A DNA stretch of 64,000 nucleotides, from contig JAHFNH010000001.1 in assembly GCA_023267435.1 (NCBI GenBank), positions 80,253 to 144,252 of the forward strand, given 5' to 3'. Below the pieces are notes generated by a model. The model saw only the letters and a program-made list of their open reading frames with translations. It did not search any database and was not told the DNA's origin. The stretch comes from Candidatus Nomurabacteria bacterium (GTDB taxonomy: Bacteria > Patescibacteriota > Minisyncoccia > Phycocordibacterales > UBA9973). Position numbers and translations under genes: made by a program. This document shows positions 18,461 to 28,424 of this stretch, one piece after another (positions within the stretch are counted from its first letter, which is position 1; each line of letters starts with the position of its first letter).

Positions 18461-18988
18461 TTATTTTATTTGATCCACCTTTTTTAAAATTCCCACTCGT
18501 TTCAATATCCGCAAAGCACAATCTCTCACTTCTTTATGTTTGCTGGATGAAGCTGTGCATTCCTCTATAACGTAAGTGAAAAATCCAAGATCAAAAGATT
18601 CATAAGCCGTAGCTAAAACACAATCATCTGTATCACACCCGACAATATGAATTTCTTCAATTCCCTTTTCTTTTAAAATTGAAAGTATATTTGGGTTGCC
18701 TTTAAAAACCGACTTGGTTTCTTTTTCTACCTTTACGTAATTCTTGTCTTTTAAAAGCTCAGTGATTTCAGGCACAGTGTAAAAATTTTCGTCTTTAGGA
18801 CAAACCCAATCTGTCTGTTTATTCCAAAGAGAATTTTTCTCTGCATGAAAAAGAGATTCAATATAAAGATCATAAGGAACATTTTTTATAAGTTCCACAA
18901 TAGCAGGAATTACAAAACTACTATTTTCTTTAACAAATGCCGGTTGCACATCCACTATTATCAATGCTTTCTTTTTTATGTTTTCCAT
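18461..18988 (-). CDS. Isochorismatase-family cysteine hydrolase (nicotinamidase-like)
   Basis: ALIIVDVQPAF and IVGCDTDDCVLATA. Confidence 0.8.
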   Translation of the reverse strand: MENIKKKALIIVDVQPAFVKENSSFVIPAIVELIKNVPYDLYIESLFHAEKNSLWNKQTDWVCPKDENFYTVPEITELLKDKNYVKVEKETKSVFKGNPNILSILKEKGIEEIHIVGCDTDDCVLATAYESFDLGFFTYVIEECTASSSKHKEVRDCALRILKRVGILKKVDQIK

Positions 18989-19007
18989 TTTTATATTACT
19001 TCAAATT

Positions 19008-19454
19008 TCATAAATAAAGTTGAAATACCTTACACTCACCACCAGATTCGTCTTTTGTTATTCTACGCAATATCCATCCATTTCTTAAAAGGAATTCCTC
19101 AATTATGGCGTTATCTGTACAAGTTAGAACGATCTTTTCTTTTTGATTTTTAAGAAATTCAATGCGTTTTTCATATAAGGTTTTATAAATACCCTGTTTT
19201 CGATATTCTGGTAAAACAACAGCATCTGCAAGCCATGGTAAACCATTATCAATGTTATCTGGACTTGCAACTCTAGTAATACTTCCAAAACCCACCAGCT
19301 TATCTTTTTCAAAACAACCAATAATATAATCAGCTTTTTTAAGTTCACTCCATGCATCAACTGGATAATCCAAACCCCAAGAATATTCTTGAATCATTTG
19401 AGCGCATTCTTTAGCTTCTGGTTCTGTTGTAGATATTTCCCTGTAATTAAACAT
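19008..19454 (-). CDS. GNAT family acetyltransferase
   Basis: VVLPEYRKQGIYKTLYEKRIEF. Confidence 0.55.
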   Translation of the reverse strand: MFNYREISTTEPEAKECAQMIQEYSWGLDYPVDAWSELKKADYIIGCFEKDKLVGFGSITRVASPDNIDNGLPWLADAVVLPEYRKQGIYKTLYEKRIEFLKNQKEKIVLTCTDNAIIEEFLLRNGWILRRITKDESGGECKVFQLYL

Positions 19455-19459
19455 AATTT

Positions 19460-20734
19460 TTATTTAAACTCCTGAATTTTATTTGATACCAAAGTCACCA
19501 CTCCTTTATCAAACATTGTTGGGACAATATTTTCTGGTGATAAGTCGGTAACATAGTCTGCAAGTGCTTGTGCTATTGCACTGAACATTTCTATTTTAAA
19601 TTGTGGAATATTTGCTTCAAGCATTCCTTTGAAGGCTCCGGGAAAAACAAGAGAATTATTTATCTGATTTGGAAAATCACTACGACCAGTGGCTATAATA
19701 AATGCACCGGCAGATTTCGCAACATCCGGCATTATTTCTGGAGTTGGGTTTGCGAGTCCGAAAATGACCGGCTTCTCTGCCATTGTCTTCACCATCTCTT
19801 GCGTCAGCACTCCGGGTTTTGATAAACCAATAAAAATATTTGCGCCTTTCACAGCATCGGCAAGACTTCCCTCTTTTGCATCTGCGACACTGCCATTTAA
19901 CAATTCTATTTTTTCTGGAGTTAAATCAGCTCTATCTTTATGAATGATTCCTTTACTGTCACAAAAAATAATATTTTTTACTCCGTACACTAAAAGAAGT
20001 CTCGCAGTCGCGACGCCGGCGGCACCAATACCACTGATCACCACTTTTACTTCTTCTTTTGATAAGTTTAGAAGTTTCAAAGAATTAATCACTGCTGAAA
20101 GAGTCACAGTCGCGGCACCCCATTGATCATCATGCATGACTGGAATATTTAATTCTTTGCGTAAACGAGATTCTATTTCAAAACATCTAGGAGCAGAAAT
20201 ATCTTCTAAATTAATTCCCCCGAAAACTGGCGCTATTTGCTTCACAGCTTTGATGATTTCTTCAGTATCTTGAGTGTCTAGGCAGATTGGAAAAGCATCC
20301 ACACCCGCGAATTCTTTAAATATTGCTGCTTTTCCTTCCATGACAGGTATCGCTGCCAAAGCACCAAGGTTTCCAAGCCCTAAAATAGCGGAACCGTCGG
20401 AAACAATAGCGACAGTATTTCTTTTTAATGTGTATTCGCGAGCTAAAGATGGGTCACGAGCGATTTCTCTAGAGACTTCAGCTACCCCGGGGCTATAAGC
20501 CAAAGAAAGAGCCTCTCGAGAATCGAGTTTTACCTTGCTAATTGTCTCTAATTTTCCACGAAATTCTTTGTGTAATTCCAGTGATTTTTTGTATATGTCA
20601 TTATTCATTTTTTCATTATACTCCCAATCTAAATTTGTGTAAAAATTGTCCCGATAAGGCATTACAGAGCTTCGTAAAATGAAGATGGCTTTGACAAAAG
20701 AGTTGACGAATTTTATTTTATCTAAAAATTTCAC
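19460..20734 (-). CDS. maeB: NAD(P)-dependent malic enzyme (short form)
   Basis: LSLAYSPGVAEVSREI, VAIVSDGSAILGLGNLG, PVMEGKAAIFKEFAGVDAFPICLD. Confidence 0.85.
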   Translation of the reverse strand: MKFLDKIKFVNSFVKAIFILRSSVMPYRDNFYTNLDWEYNEKMNNDIYKKSLELHKEFRGKLETISKVKLDSREALSLAYSPGVAEVSREIARDPSLAREYTLKRNTVAIVSDGSAILGLGNLGALAAIPVMEGKAAIFKEFAGVDAFPICLDTQDTEEIIKAVKQIAPVFGGINLEDISAPRCFEIESRLRKELNIPVMHDDQWGAATVTLSAVINSLKLLNLSKEEVKVVISGIGAAGVATARLLLVYGVKNIIFCDSKGIIHKDRADLTPEKIELLNGSVADAKEGSLADAVKGANIFIGLSKPGVLTQEMVKTMAEKPVIFGLANPTPEIMPDVAKSAGAFIIATGRSDFPNQINNSLVFPGAFKGMLEANIPQFKIEMFSAIAQALADYVTDLSPENIVPTMFDKGVVTLVSNKIQEFK

Positions 20735-20843
20735 AAGGCTACTTTTCTAAAGTATAATTAACCAACTGTCGCAAAAAAAATATGAGACAGTTATAAAAAT
20801 TTTTTTAGTTTTCTTAAAATTTATTAATAATATTTTCAATAAC

Positions 20844-23147
20844 ATGGATAAAGAAAAAAAAGGCGCAATTACCAAAAAAAATACCAAGAAATACAAACAA
20901 TTGGATCAAATCCAGAAACGTGATGGCATGATTGTGCCTTTTGATGAGACTCGCATTACCCATGCGATCATGAAAGCTATGAGCATGTCTGACGAAGGCA
21001 GTGAAGCTGATGCGGAGATGGTTATGGATGACGTAGTAGACGCTCTTTTGGCTCTAAAAAAGGAACAAGGAGGTAAAAACTTCGTTCCCCAAGTAGAAAC
21101 CATCCAAGATCTTATTGAAAATAAATTAATTGCCTCAAATTTCGCTAAAACAGCCAAGCATTTCATTCTTTATCGAACAGAACGCACCACTTTGCGCCAG
21201 AAAATAGGTTTTGTTCCAGAAAAAGTCAAAGAACTTGTCACTGAAAGTAAAAAATATTTTAGAAACCCATTAGCTGAATTCGTTTACTACCGATCTTATG
21301 CTCGATGGATCCCTGAAGAAGGACGTCGAGAGACTTGGATCGAGACAGTCGATCGTTATATCGACTTCATGCGTGAAAATATGGGTTCCAAAATAACCGA
21401 AACTGAGTACAAAGAAGTTCGCGAAGCAATACTTAGACAAGAAGCTATGCCTTCAATGCGTTTATTGCAATTCGCGGGTAAAGCAGCCAACAGAACAAAC
21501 GTCTGCGCTTATAACTGTTCATTCATCTCTCCAAAATCTTTCCAAGACTTCGCTGAAATAATGTATATCTCTATGTGCGGTACTGGTGCCGGCTGGTCTG
21601 TCGAAAGTGAAAATATCCAAGCTCTTCCTCAAATCAAAAAACAAACTGGTAAAAAACTTCCTGACTACGTTATTCCTGACAGTAAAGAAGGTTGGGCAGA
21701 TGCTTTCAGCTTCGCATTGAAAACATGGTTCGAAGGTAATGATGTTGTTTTTGATTACTCTCTGATTCGTCCAGCTGGTGCAAGATTAAAAACAATGGGA
21801 GGCAAAAGTTCTGGACCAGAACCGCTTCGTTCATTAATCGACTTTTCTCGTGAGAGAATTATTCGAAAGCAAGGCAGACACTTAACCAACCTAGATGCGC
21901 ACGACATCATCTGCAAGATCGGTGAATGTGTCGTCGCTGGAGGTGTCCGACGCAGTGCGATGATTTCTCTTTCTGATTTAGATGACGATGCTATTCGTGA
22001 TTCTAAAAAAGGAGCTTTTTATGTAAATGAAGGACAAAGAATGCTCGCAAACAATTCTGCTGTTTATAATTCCAAACCATCCACTCAAGAATTTTTGGAT
22101 GAATGGACTGCTCTTGTAAAAAGTGGCAGTGGAGAAAGAGGTATTTTCAACCGTGGTGGACTCGCAAAAACATTACCTAAACGTCGACTAGCTCAATTTA
22201 AAGATGGCCAGTATCCATCTTGGGGAACAAACCCATGTGGAGAAATTATTCTGCAATCAAAACAATTCTGTAACTTGAGTGAAGTTGTCGCCCGAGCCGA
22301 CGATACCGAGGAAACTCTTTTGAAAAAAGTTCGTATTGCGACAATTATCGGAACGTATCAATCATCCCTTACTTATTTCCCTTACCTTTCCAAGGAATGG
22401 AAAAAGAACTGTGAGAAAGAAAGACTACTCGGAGTATCAATCACAGGGCAATGGGATTCTGGCTTGGTTCGAGAAGCAAAAATACTTGAGAAATTAAAAA
22501 ATACATCTATTGAAGTAAATAAAAAATACGCCAAGCGTTTCGGAATCGGACAATCAACCTGTATCACCTGCGTGAAGCCATCTGGAACAGTCTCTCAGAC
22601 TGTTGATTGTGCATCTGGCATGCATCCTCGCCATGCTCCGTACTATATTCGCCGCGTTCGTATTTCTGCTACCGATACTCTTTTTAAAATGTTGAAAGAT
22701 CAAGGCATGCCTTTTTATCCAGAAGTAGGACAGACAGTAGAAAATGCTTCGACCTATGTTTTAGAATTCCCTGTCAAAGCTCCTGAAGGTGCAATCTGCA
22801 AAGATGACATCAGCGCATTGCGACAACTCGAACACTGGAAGGTTGTTAAACAGCATTACACTGAACACAATCCTTCTGTGACTATCTCTGTCGGAGAAGA
22901 TGAATGGATCACTGTTGCCAACTGGGTTTATGAAAATTGGGATCTTGTCGGAGGACTTTCTTTCCTTCCCCGTTCCAACCATGTCTACCAGCTCGCTCCT
23001 TATGAAGCTATCACTAAAGAAAAATATGAAGAGATGCTCATGAAAGTAGATTGTCTCGATTTCTCTAAGATCGTCACTTACGAAACTGTCGACGAAACAG
23101 AATTGAAAAAAGAACTTGCTTGCGTCGGTGGTGTGTGTGAAATTTAA
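20844..23147 (+). CDS. nrdJ: Ribonucleotide reductase, probably class II adenosylcobalamin-dependent (NrdJ-like), with an N-terminal ATP-cone
   Basis: ATP-cone MIVPFDETRITHAIMKAM, active-site region NPCGEII, C-terminal redox pair CVGGVCEI. No nrdB is present and a PduO-type adenosyltransferase lies next door. Confidence 0.65.
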   Translation: MDKEKKGAITKKNTKKYKQLDQIQKRDGMIVPFDETRITHAIMKAMSMSDEGSEADAEMVMDDVVDALLALKKEQGGKNFVPQVETIQDLIENKLIASNFAKTAKHFILYRTERTTLRQKIGFVPEKVKELVTESKKYFRNPLAEFVYYRSYARWIPEEGRRETWIETVDRYIDFMRENMGSKITETEYKEVREAILRQEAMPSMRLLQFAGKAANRTNVCAYNCSFISPKSFQDFAEIMYISMCGTGAGWSVESENIQALPQIKKQTGKKLPDYVIPDSKEGWADAFSFALKTWFEGNDVVFDYSLIRPAGARLKTMGGKSSGPEPLRSLIDFSRERIIRKQGRHLTNLDAHDIICKIGECVVAGGVRRSAMISLSDLDDDAIRDSKKGAFYVNEGQRMLANNSAVYNSKPSTQEFLDEWTALVKSGSGERGIFNRGGLAKTLPKRRLAQFKDGQYPSWGTNPCGEIILQSKQFCNLSEVVARADDTEETLLKKVRIATIIGTYQSSLTYFPYLSKEWKKNCEKERLLGVSITGQWDSGLVREAKILEKLKNTSIEVNKKYAKRFGIGQSTCITCVKPSGTVSQTVDCASGMHPRHAPYYIRRVRISATDTLFKMLKDQGMPFYPEVGQTVENASTYVLEFPVKAPEGAICKDDISALRQLEHWKVVKQHYTEHNPSVTISVGEDEWITVANWVYENWDLVGGLSFLPRSNHVYQLAPYEAITKEKYEEMLMKVDCLDFSKIVTYETVDETELKKELACVGGVCEI

Positions 23148-23170
23148 TAGATATAATCTATAAAATAAAA

Positions 23171-23728
23171 ATGCTATACACTAGAAAAGGAGATGATGGC
23201 ACAACTAAAACATTCGGATGTGATCAAAGAATTTCTAAAAGTGGGGCTATAGCTGAAGCACTAGGATCTCTCGATGAAATAAATTCTTTTCTGGGACTCG
23301 TAAAAATAAAAGCAAATAAAATTTCCTTTGTCTTGCCAACAGGGGAAATTTTGCTTCCAGAAACAATAAACCAAATCCAGCAAGACCTTTTTATTATTCA
23401 AGCCGAGCTGGCTGGCGCAGAAAAAACTATTTCAGAAGAGAAAGTAAAATGGCTGGAAGATATAATAAATGGCATAGAAAAAATACTTCCTCCGATTAAA
23501 ACATTTTTTGTCTCCGGTGGCACTGAACTCGCAACATTATCAGACATCGCTCGCACTATCACCCGCCGAGCTGAAAGACGAGTCGTCGGTGTATCAGAAG
23601 AAAAAATTCAACCTGTCAGCAAAAACACTCTCGCCTATTTAAATCGCCTATCAAGTATTCTCTATGCCTTTGCTCGTGTTTCAAATCACATAGCTGGTAT
23701 TGTAGAAGAATCACCAAAATATTCTTAA
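23171..23728 (+). CDS. PduO-type ATP:cob(I)alamin adenosyltransferase
   Basis: MLYTRKGDDGTT N-terminal signature of the Cob_adeno_trans family. Confidence 0.8.
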   Translation: MLYTRKGDDGTTKTFGCDQRISKSGAIAEALGSLDEINSFLGLVKIKANKISFVLPTGEILLPETINQIQQDLFIIQAELAGAEKTISEEKVKWLEDIINGIEKILPPIKTFFVSGGTELATLSDIARTITRRAERRVVGVSEEKIQPVSKNTLAYLNRLSSILYAFARVSNHIAGIVEESPKYS

Positions 23729-23799
23729 GAATAGAAATTTGATTGAAATTGAAGTTTTTTGTCGCATTTACAATGCAGTTATTGTATAATTTATAATAT

Positions 23800-24252
23800 A
23801 TGAAGATCGAATGGCAGGCACCAGAGTATGAAGATAAAAAGAGAAGCATTGATTGGTTTTGGGCGCTCGGCATCATCGTCGTTGCAGGCTCTATAACCTC
23901 GATTATTTTTGGTGATTATTTTTTTGCCATACTTCTAATCTTGGGTGGATTAATGCTTGGATTTTTCGCAACCCAAAAACCTGGAATGGTCACCTATGAA
24001 ATGACTGAAAAGGGAATAAAAATAAATACGGAATTTTATCCTTTCAAAAATATGAAATCTTTCTGGATTCAGATGGAGCCAAAGTTTATTCTCTTTATAA
24101 AAATAGACCGTTTCTTTATGCCAATTATTTCCATGCCAATAGAAATGGATAAAGCTGAAGAAATAAATAAATTAATGATAGAAAATAACATTCCCGAGGA
24201 AGAAATGAAACCACATATGTCTGAAAACATAATGGACAATCTGGGATTCTAA
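23800..24252 (+). CDS. Hypothetical membrane protein
   Basis: Two TM segments, 150 aa. Confidence 0.4.
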   Translation: MKIEWQAPEYEDKKRSIDWFWALGIIVVAGSITSIIFGDYFFAILLILGGLMLGFFATQKPGMVTYEMTEKGIKINTEFYPFKNMKSFWIQMEPKFILFIKIDRFFMPIISMPIEMDKAEEINKLMIENNIPEEEMKPHMSENIMDNLGF

Positions 24253-24308
24253 ATTTTAGCCTAACTTGGACTTTTTTCAAAAAACTGCTAATGTGTAATT
24301 GTTCGAAT

Positions 24309-24380
24309 GCCCTCATAGTTTAATGGATAGAATGCGAGCTTGCGGAGTTTGCGATCCAGGTTCGATTCCTGGTGAGGGCA
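24309..24380 (+). tRNA. tRNA-Arg, anticodon GCG (manual fold)
   Basis: Acceptor GCCCTCA/TGAGGGC, anticodon stem CGAGC/GTTTG with loop TTGCGGA, T-arm CCAGG-TTCGATT-CCTGG. CCA is not encoded. Confidence 0.75.
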
Positions 24381-24428
24381 CATGTTATAATGGCTTTATT
24401 ATAAAAGTAATTTTAAATACTAATTTTT

Positions 24429-24899
24429 ATGCAAAACAATTCATATAAGAAAAAGCCTCTTTGGCAATGGATAGTGATTTATGTAGTAATTGCCGCAATT
24501 TTATACGGTTTAGTATATTATTTCTTTTTTATGAAAAAAAATACTTATACTCAAACAAACACGCAAGTATACCAGCAAACACAATCAGAAAATAATTCCA
24601 ATTCTCCAACCACCTCAATAAACACACCAAACAACACATCTATATTAAACAATACCTATATACTAATTAAAAATTTTAAATTTTCTCCTAATACAGTCAC
24701 TATTCATAAAGGTGATTCTGTAACCTGGACAAACGATGACTCTATGTCTCACACTGTCACAGGAGACACGAGTGGTCCTGCCAGCTCCGCTATCAGTAGT
24801 GGAAGTGCGTATAGTTATACTTTCACAAAGACAGGCACTTTCCCCTATCATTGCTCAATACACCCCTCAATGAAAGCGACAATTGTCGTAACTGAATAA
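24429..24899 (+). CDS. Membrane-anchored cupredoxin (plastocyanin/amicyanin-like blue copper protein)
   Basis: N-terminal TM and low-complexity linker. Type-1 Cu ligand motif YHCSIHPSMKATIVV. Confidence 0.7.
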   Translation: MQNNSYKKKPLWQWIVIYVVIAAILYGLVYYFFFMKKNTYTQTNTQVYQQTQSENNSNSPTTSINTPNNTSILNNTYILIKNFKFSPNTVTIHKGDSVTWTNDDSMSHTVTGDTSGPASSAISSGSAYSYTFTKTGTFPYHCSIHPSMKATIVVTE

Positions 24900-24900
24900 A

Positions 24901-25620
24901 ATGGAAGAAACTTTTCCAATGCGTATAAATAAATACTTGGCGTGGAAAAAGATTTCCACTCGCCGAGGTGCCGACAAGCTTATTGAAGATAAGCAGGTTT
25001 TTATTAATGGCAAACTAGCTGCTCTGGGCAGTAAAGTAAAAGAAACCGATAAAGTAGAAGTAAAAGGAAATAAGAATCAAAAAACTTATGTTTATTATGC
25101 TTACAATAAACCAATCGACGTCATAACTCATTCCCCTCAGAACGGTGAAGAAGATATTAAAGAAAATATAAGGGGCACCGGTCTGCCAGATGATGTCTTT
25201 CCTATTGGTAGACTCGACAAAGCTTCACATGGATTAATGATCCTGACGAATGACGGCAGAATTACGGATCAATTATTGAATCCAAAATATGTTCACGAAA
25301 AAGAATACGTTGTAAAAACTTCCAATAAACTCCGCTCCAACTTCAAACAAAAAATGGAAGCCGGAGTAAATATCGAAGGATACACTACCAAACCTTGTAA
25401 AGTTACAATCATAAATGATTTCACTTTTAGAATAACTCTAACCGAAGGCAAGAAACATCAAATCCGCAGAATGTGTTCGGCTCTCTTTCAAGAAGTCGCA
25501 GACCTAAAACGCGTTAGGTTTATGAATATCAAACTTGGCACCCTAAAACCAAAAGCATTTAGAAAAATCGAAGGTGAAGAACTAAAATCTTTCTTAGATC
25601 CAATACTAAAACAAAATTAA
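24901..25620 (+). CDS. Pseudouridine synthase, RsuA/RluB family
   Basis: S4-like N-terminus and catalytic GRLDKASHGLMILTNDG. Confidence 0.8.
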   Translation: MEETFPMRINKYLAWKKISTRRGADKLIEDKQVFINGKLAALGSKVKETDKVEVKGNKNQKTYVYYAYNKPIDVITHSPQNGEEDIKENIRGTGLPDDVFPIGRLDKASHGLMILTNDGRITDQLLNPKYVHEKEYVVKTSNKLRSNFKQKMEAGVNIEGYTTKPCKVTIINDFTFRITLTEGKKHQIRRMCSALFQEVADLKRVRFMNIKLGTLKPKAFRKIEGEELKSFLDPILKQN

Positions 25621-25684
25621 AAATAAAAAAGACCTACTAATATATTTATATATCAATAGGTCCGTTATTTTTTAATAAAAAAAT

Positions 25685-26110
25685 TTATTCAAGAAGAAGA
25701 AGCCAATTTGTAGGAAATTCGAGTTCTATCAAAGAGACAAGCGTATGAAATGTGATTGTTTTTTCAATCTCATGACACCATAATTCATGGTGTTGATACT
25801 CAAATCTTTCTTTCCATTCTTTTTTTGACTTAGCAGTTCCTACAATAGCCGAAGATGGAGCATAAGATAATCCAATTATTGATTCTCTTAAATCGAACAA
25901 ATCTTTTTTCATATTAAAAAATATATACCCCATAGGCTTTTTATTGATAGCAACGAACACGGTTACACTATTGCGAGTTTTCCTGTACTGAAGAAGGAGT
26001 TTGTAAGGTCCAAATTCAATTTCAGAAGTAACAATGGGCGTATAATAAATTTGCTTATTGTTAGGCTCAGACTCTTGTCTGTTTTCTAACCAAATAATTT
26101 TTTTATTCAT
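25685..26110 (-). CDS. Hypothetical protein
   Basis: 141 aa, no motif. Confidence 0.35.
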   Translation of the reverse strand: MNKKIIWLENRQESEPNNKQIYYTPIVTSEIEFGPYKLLLQYRKTRNSVTVFVAINKKPMGYIFFNMKKDLFDLRESIIGLSYAPSSAIVGTAKSKKEWKERFEYQHHELWCHEIEKTITFHTLVSLIELEFPTNWLLLLE

Positions 26111-26193
26111 TTTTTTGTTTTTAAAGAAGGGTTTTAATTTTGCGTTTATTTGTCATAACAATAGCAATTATTTTTTAGTTTGTCAACACTGGT

Positions 26194-27681
26194 CTATTTC
26201 TCCAAATCCAATACTTCATCAATTCTAATTTGTTTTACGAATTCGGGGACGTGAGAGACAAGGATCATCGCGCCTTGGTACTTATCTAATGCTTCAGCTA
26301 TTATCGGTAAATGACGGAAATTTATATGGTTGGTCGGCTCGTCTAAAATAAGTAGTCCTGGCTTTTGGAGGACAAGACGAGCAAAGGCTACAAGCCCCTT
26401 CTGCCCTTCAGACAGACTACCGATGCGAGTACGGATAAATTCTCCGGTTATTAAAAATCCCGCAGCTATCGAGCGCATTCTTTCTTCATCTAATTTTTCT
26501 CCACCTTCGAGCATCGCGCTCGCGAGAGATTGATACACAGTGTCATCGAAATTAAGAGTAGAAAAATCTTGTCGGTAATAACCAATTCTGATTCCCTCTT
26601 TCACTGTCTCACCTTCGGATTTACCGGAAGCTAATTTTTCTAGTAATGTGCTTTTACCGATACCATTCGGACCAGTTAAAAGTAAATGCTGATTTTTCTT
26701 CAAAGAAATATATGCCTTCTTTTTTATTATTTTATGTTTCTTTGGATCTGCGATAGAAAAAGAATTAATACTAAATATCTCACCGATCATGTCCGGCTGG
26801 GAAGGAATAGTAAAAGGTCGGATAGTTCTGTCTTCCTTGCGGACTTCCACAATATCTTCTTCGAGTTCTTCCGCCTTCTCACGCATGCGTCGTGCTACCA
26901 AGCGAAGCCGTCCTCCTTTATGCGCGAAGACATTCGCCTGATCTTTCTTGGCTTGGATTTCTTTTGCGAGCTGAGCATTCTTCATATTCTCTTTTTCTAC
27001 TCGCGCAGTAATATCTTTAACCACATTGAAATAGTTACCGACATACTGCTCGATCTTACGAGTATAAACATCAAGATAAAGAACTCCTTCCGTAAAAGCA
27101 TTCAAAAATTCTGCATCGTGAGAAATAACCAAAACTGTTTTTTTGTAATCTACTAGGAATTTAGTTAAGTGCGCAATGCCAGCTTTATCTAAGTTGTTTG
27201 TCGGCTCATCGAGCAAAAGCAAATCTGGATCTTGAATAAGAGCCGAAGCTAAAAGCAAACGTGCCTGCTGACCGCCGGAGAAAGTTTTAATTATTTTGTC
27301 GTGTACTTTTTCATGCCCTTTCAAATTTACCACTTCCAAAATATCATCTATCCTAACATCTATATCATAAACTTTTGCTGATGATTTATTTTGAAAACAT
27401 TTTTCGAAAAATTCTCTTACTGTCAGATCGAGTTCAGCACGCGGAATAACCTGTCGAGCTGAAGCGATTGTTAAACCTTTCACAATATTTATGATTCCAG
27501 ATTCTGGTTTATTTATACCTGAGATAAGCCCGAAGATGGTACTCTTACCGGCGCCGTTCTGGCCCATCAAAGTAAACTTCGCGCCACGGCGAATAGAAAA
27601 ACTAACCTCTTCTAAAATAGGTTTGTTTATACCGAACTCGAACGAGACATCGTCGAATCTGACTATAGTTTCCTGAGACAT
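26194..27681 (-). CDS. ABC-F family ATPase (two tandem ABC domains, EttA/Uup-like)
   Basis: Two Walker A motifs (GQNGAGKST, GPNGIGKST) and two signature motifs (LSGGQQARL, LSEGQKG). Confidence 0.85.
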   Translation of the reverse strand: MSQETIVRFDDVSFEFGINKPILEEVSFSIRRGAKFTLMGQNGAGKSTIFGLISGINKPESGIINIVKGLTIASARQVIPRAELDLTVREFFEKCFQNKSSAKVYDIDVRIDDILEVVNLKGHEKVHDKIIKTFSGGQQARLLLASALIQDPDLLLLDEPTNNLDKAGIAHLTKFLVDYKKTVLVISHDAEFLNAFTEGVLYLDVYTRKIEQYVGNYFNVVKDITARVEKENMKNAQLAKEIQAKKDQANVFAHKGGRLRLVARRMREKAEELEEDIVEVRKEDRTIRPFTIPSQPDMIGEIFSINSFSIADPKKHKIIKKKAYISLKKNQHLLLTGPNGIGKSTLLEKLASGKSEGETVKEGIRIGYYRQDFSTLNFDDTVYQSLASAMLEGGEKLDEERMRSIAAGFLITGEFIRTRIGSLSEGQKGLVAFARLVLQKPGLLILDEPTNHINFRHLPIIAEALDKYQGAMILVSHVPEFVKQIRIDEVLDLEK

Positions 27682-27860
27682 TGTTATAGACTATACTATT
27701 TAGCCTGAAATTGAAAGCTTTATCAAAAAATCTTTGACAAATATCTTGTTATGTACTACACTTGATAAGCAAAATAGGTCGTAACCCTAAAGGGTTCTAT
27801 GGGAGTCGATTTCTCGAAAAATACTTATCTTTGTAATTTAACACTTAACAAAAAAATTCA

Positions 27861-28058
27861 ATGACTGGTACAATCAAAAGATTAACCGATAAGGGATTTG
27901 GATTCATCACAGCAGAAGGACTAGCGAAAGATTTATTCTTTCACAGTAATTCTCTTGTAGGCGTAAGCTTCGATGAATTGCACGAAGGCGACGCTGTTTC
28001 CTTCGAAACAGAAGAATCTCCAAAAGGTTTGAATGCTGTGAACGTTCAACGCGCATAA
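27861..28058 (+). CDS. cspA: Cold-shock protein CspA family
   Basis: GTIKRLTDKGFGFITAEG and DLFFHSNSL RNP motifs. Confidence 0.9.
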   Translation: MTGTIKRLTDKGFGFITAEGLAKDLFFHSNSLVGVSFDELHEGDAVSFETEESPKGLNAVNVQRA

Positions 28059-28073
28059 TATTCAAAAACAAAA

Positions 28074-28100
28074 AACACCCCATCACTGGGGTGTTTTTTG
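28074..28100 (+). terminator. Rho-independent terminator after cspA
   Basis: aacacccca-tcac-tggggtgtt followed by T6. Confidence 0.6.
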
Positions 28101-28107
28101 TTTTAGT

Positions 28108-28371
28108 TTATTTATCTTGCGCCCAATCTTTTAATTCTTGATAATTCGCTTCTCCGCAAATCCATTTGCCTGATTTTGTATTATAAAAAAATGGCACGCC
28201 TCCACAAAATTCTTTGTCTATCTCCTCGAGTCTTTTTGCATTTTCTTCATTATGCCAAACCTCCAAAGCATCAACTTTTATTCCTTCTTCTTTTTCTAAT
28301 TTTTCAACGAGATTATGCATATCCACACAATGCGGACATTCTTCTCCATAAAATTCTAATAAGTGACTCAT
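28108..28371 (-). CDS. Thioredoxin-fold protein (glutaredoxin-like, CPHC active site)
   Basis: YGEECPHCVDM. Confidence 0.55.
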   Translation of the reverse strand: MSHLLEFYGEECPHCVDMHNLVEKLEKEEGIKVDALEVWHNEENAKRLEEIDKEFCGGVPFFYNTKSGKWICGEANYQELKDWAQDK

Positions 28372-28386
28372 AACTTTATTATATAA

Positions 28387-28418
28387 TAAAAAATCCTAAT
28401 TTAAAATTAGGATTTTTT
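28387..28418 (-). terminator. Rho-independent terminator downstream of rpsT
   Basis: aaaatcctaattt-taaa-attaggatttttt. Confidence 0.55.
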
Positions 28419-28424
28419 AAGAAA

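Noticed and set aside
19568-20498. Plus-strand ORFs antisense to the malic enzyme gene
   Set aside because: Spurious. The Ala/Gly-rich translations mirror the sense-strand codon bias.
20735-20843. Possible cobalamin riboswitch or NrdR box upstream of the RNR gene
   Set aside because: Only a simple AACTGTC..GACAGTT hairpin is present. There is no B12-box (the conserved B12-box core) and no NrdR-box palindrome pair.
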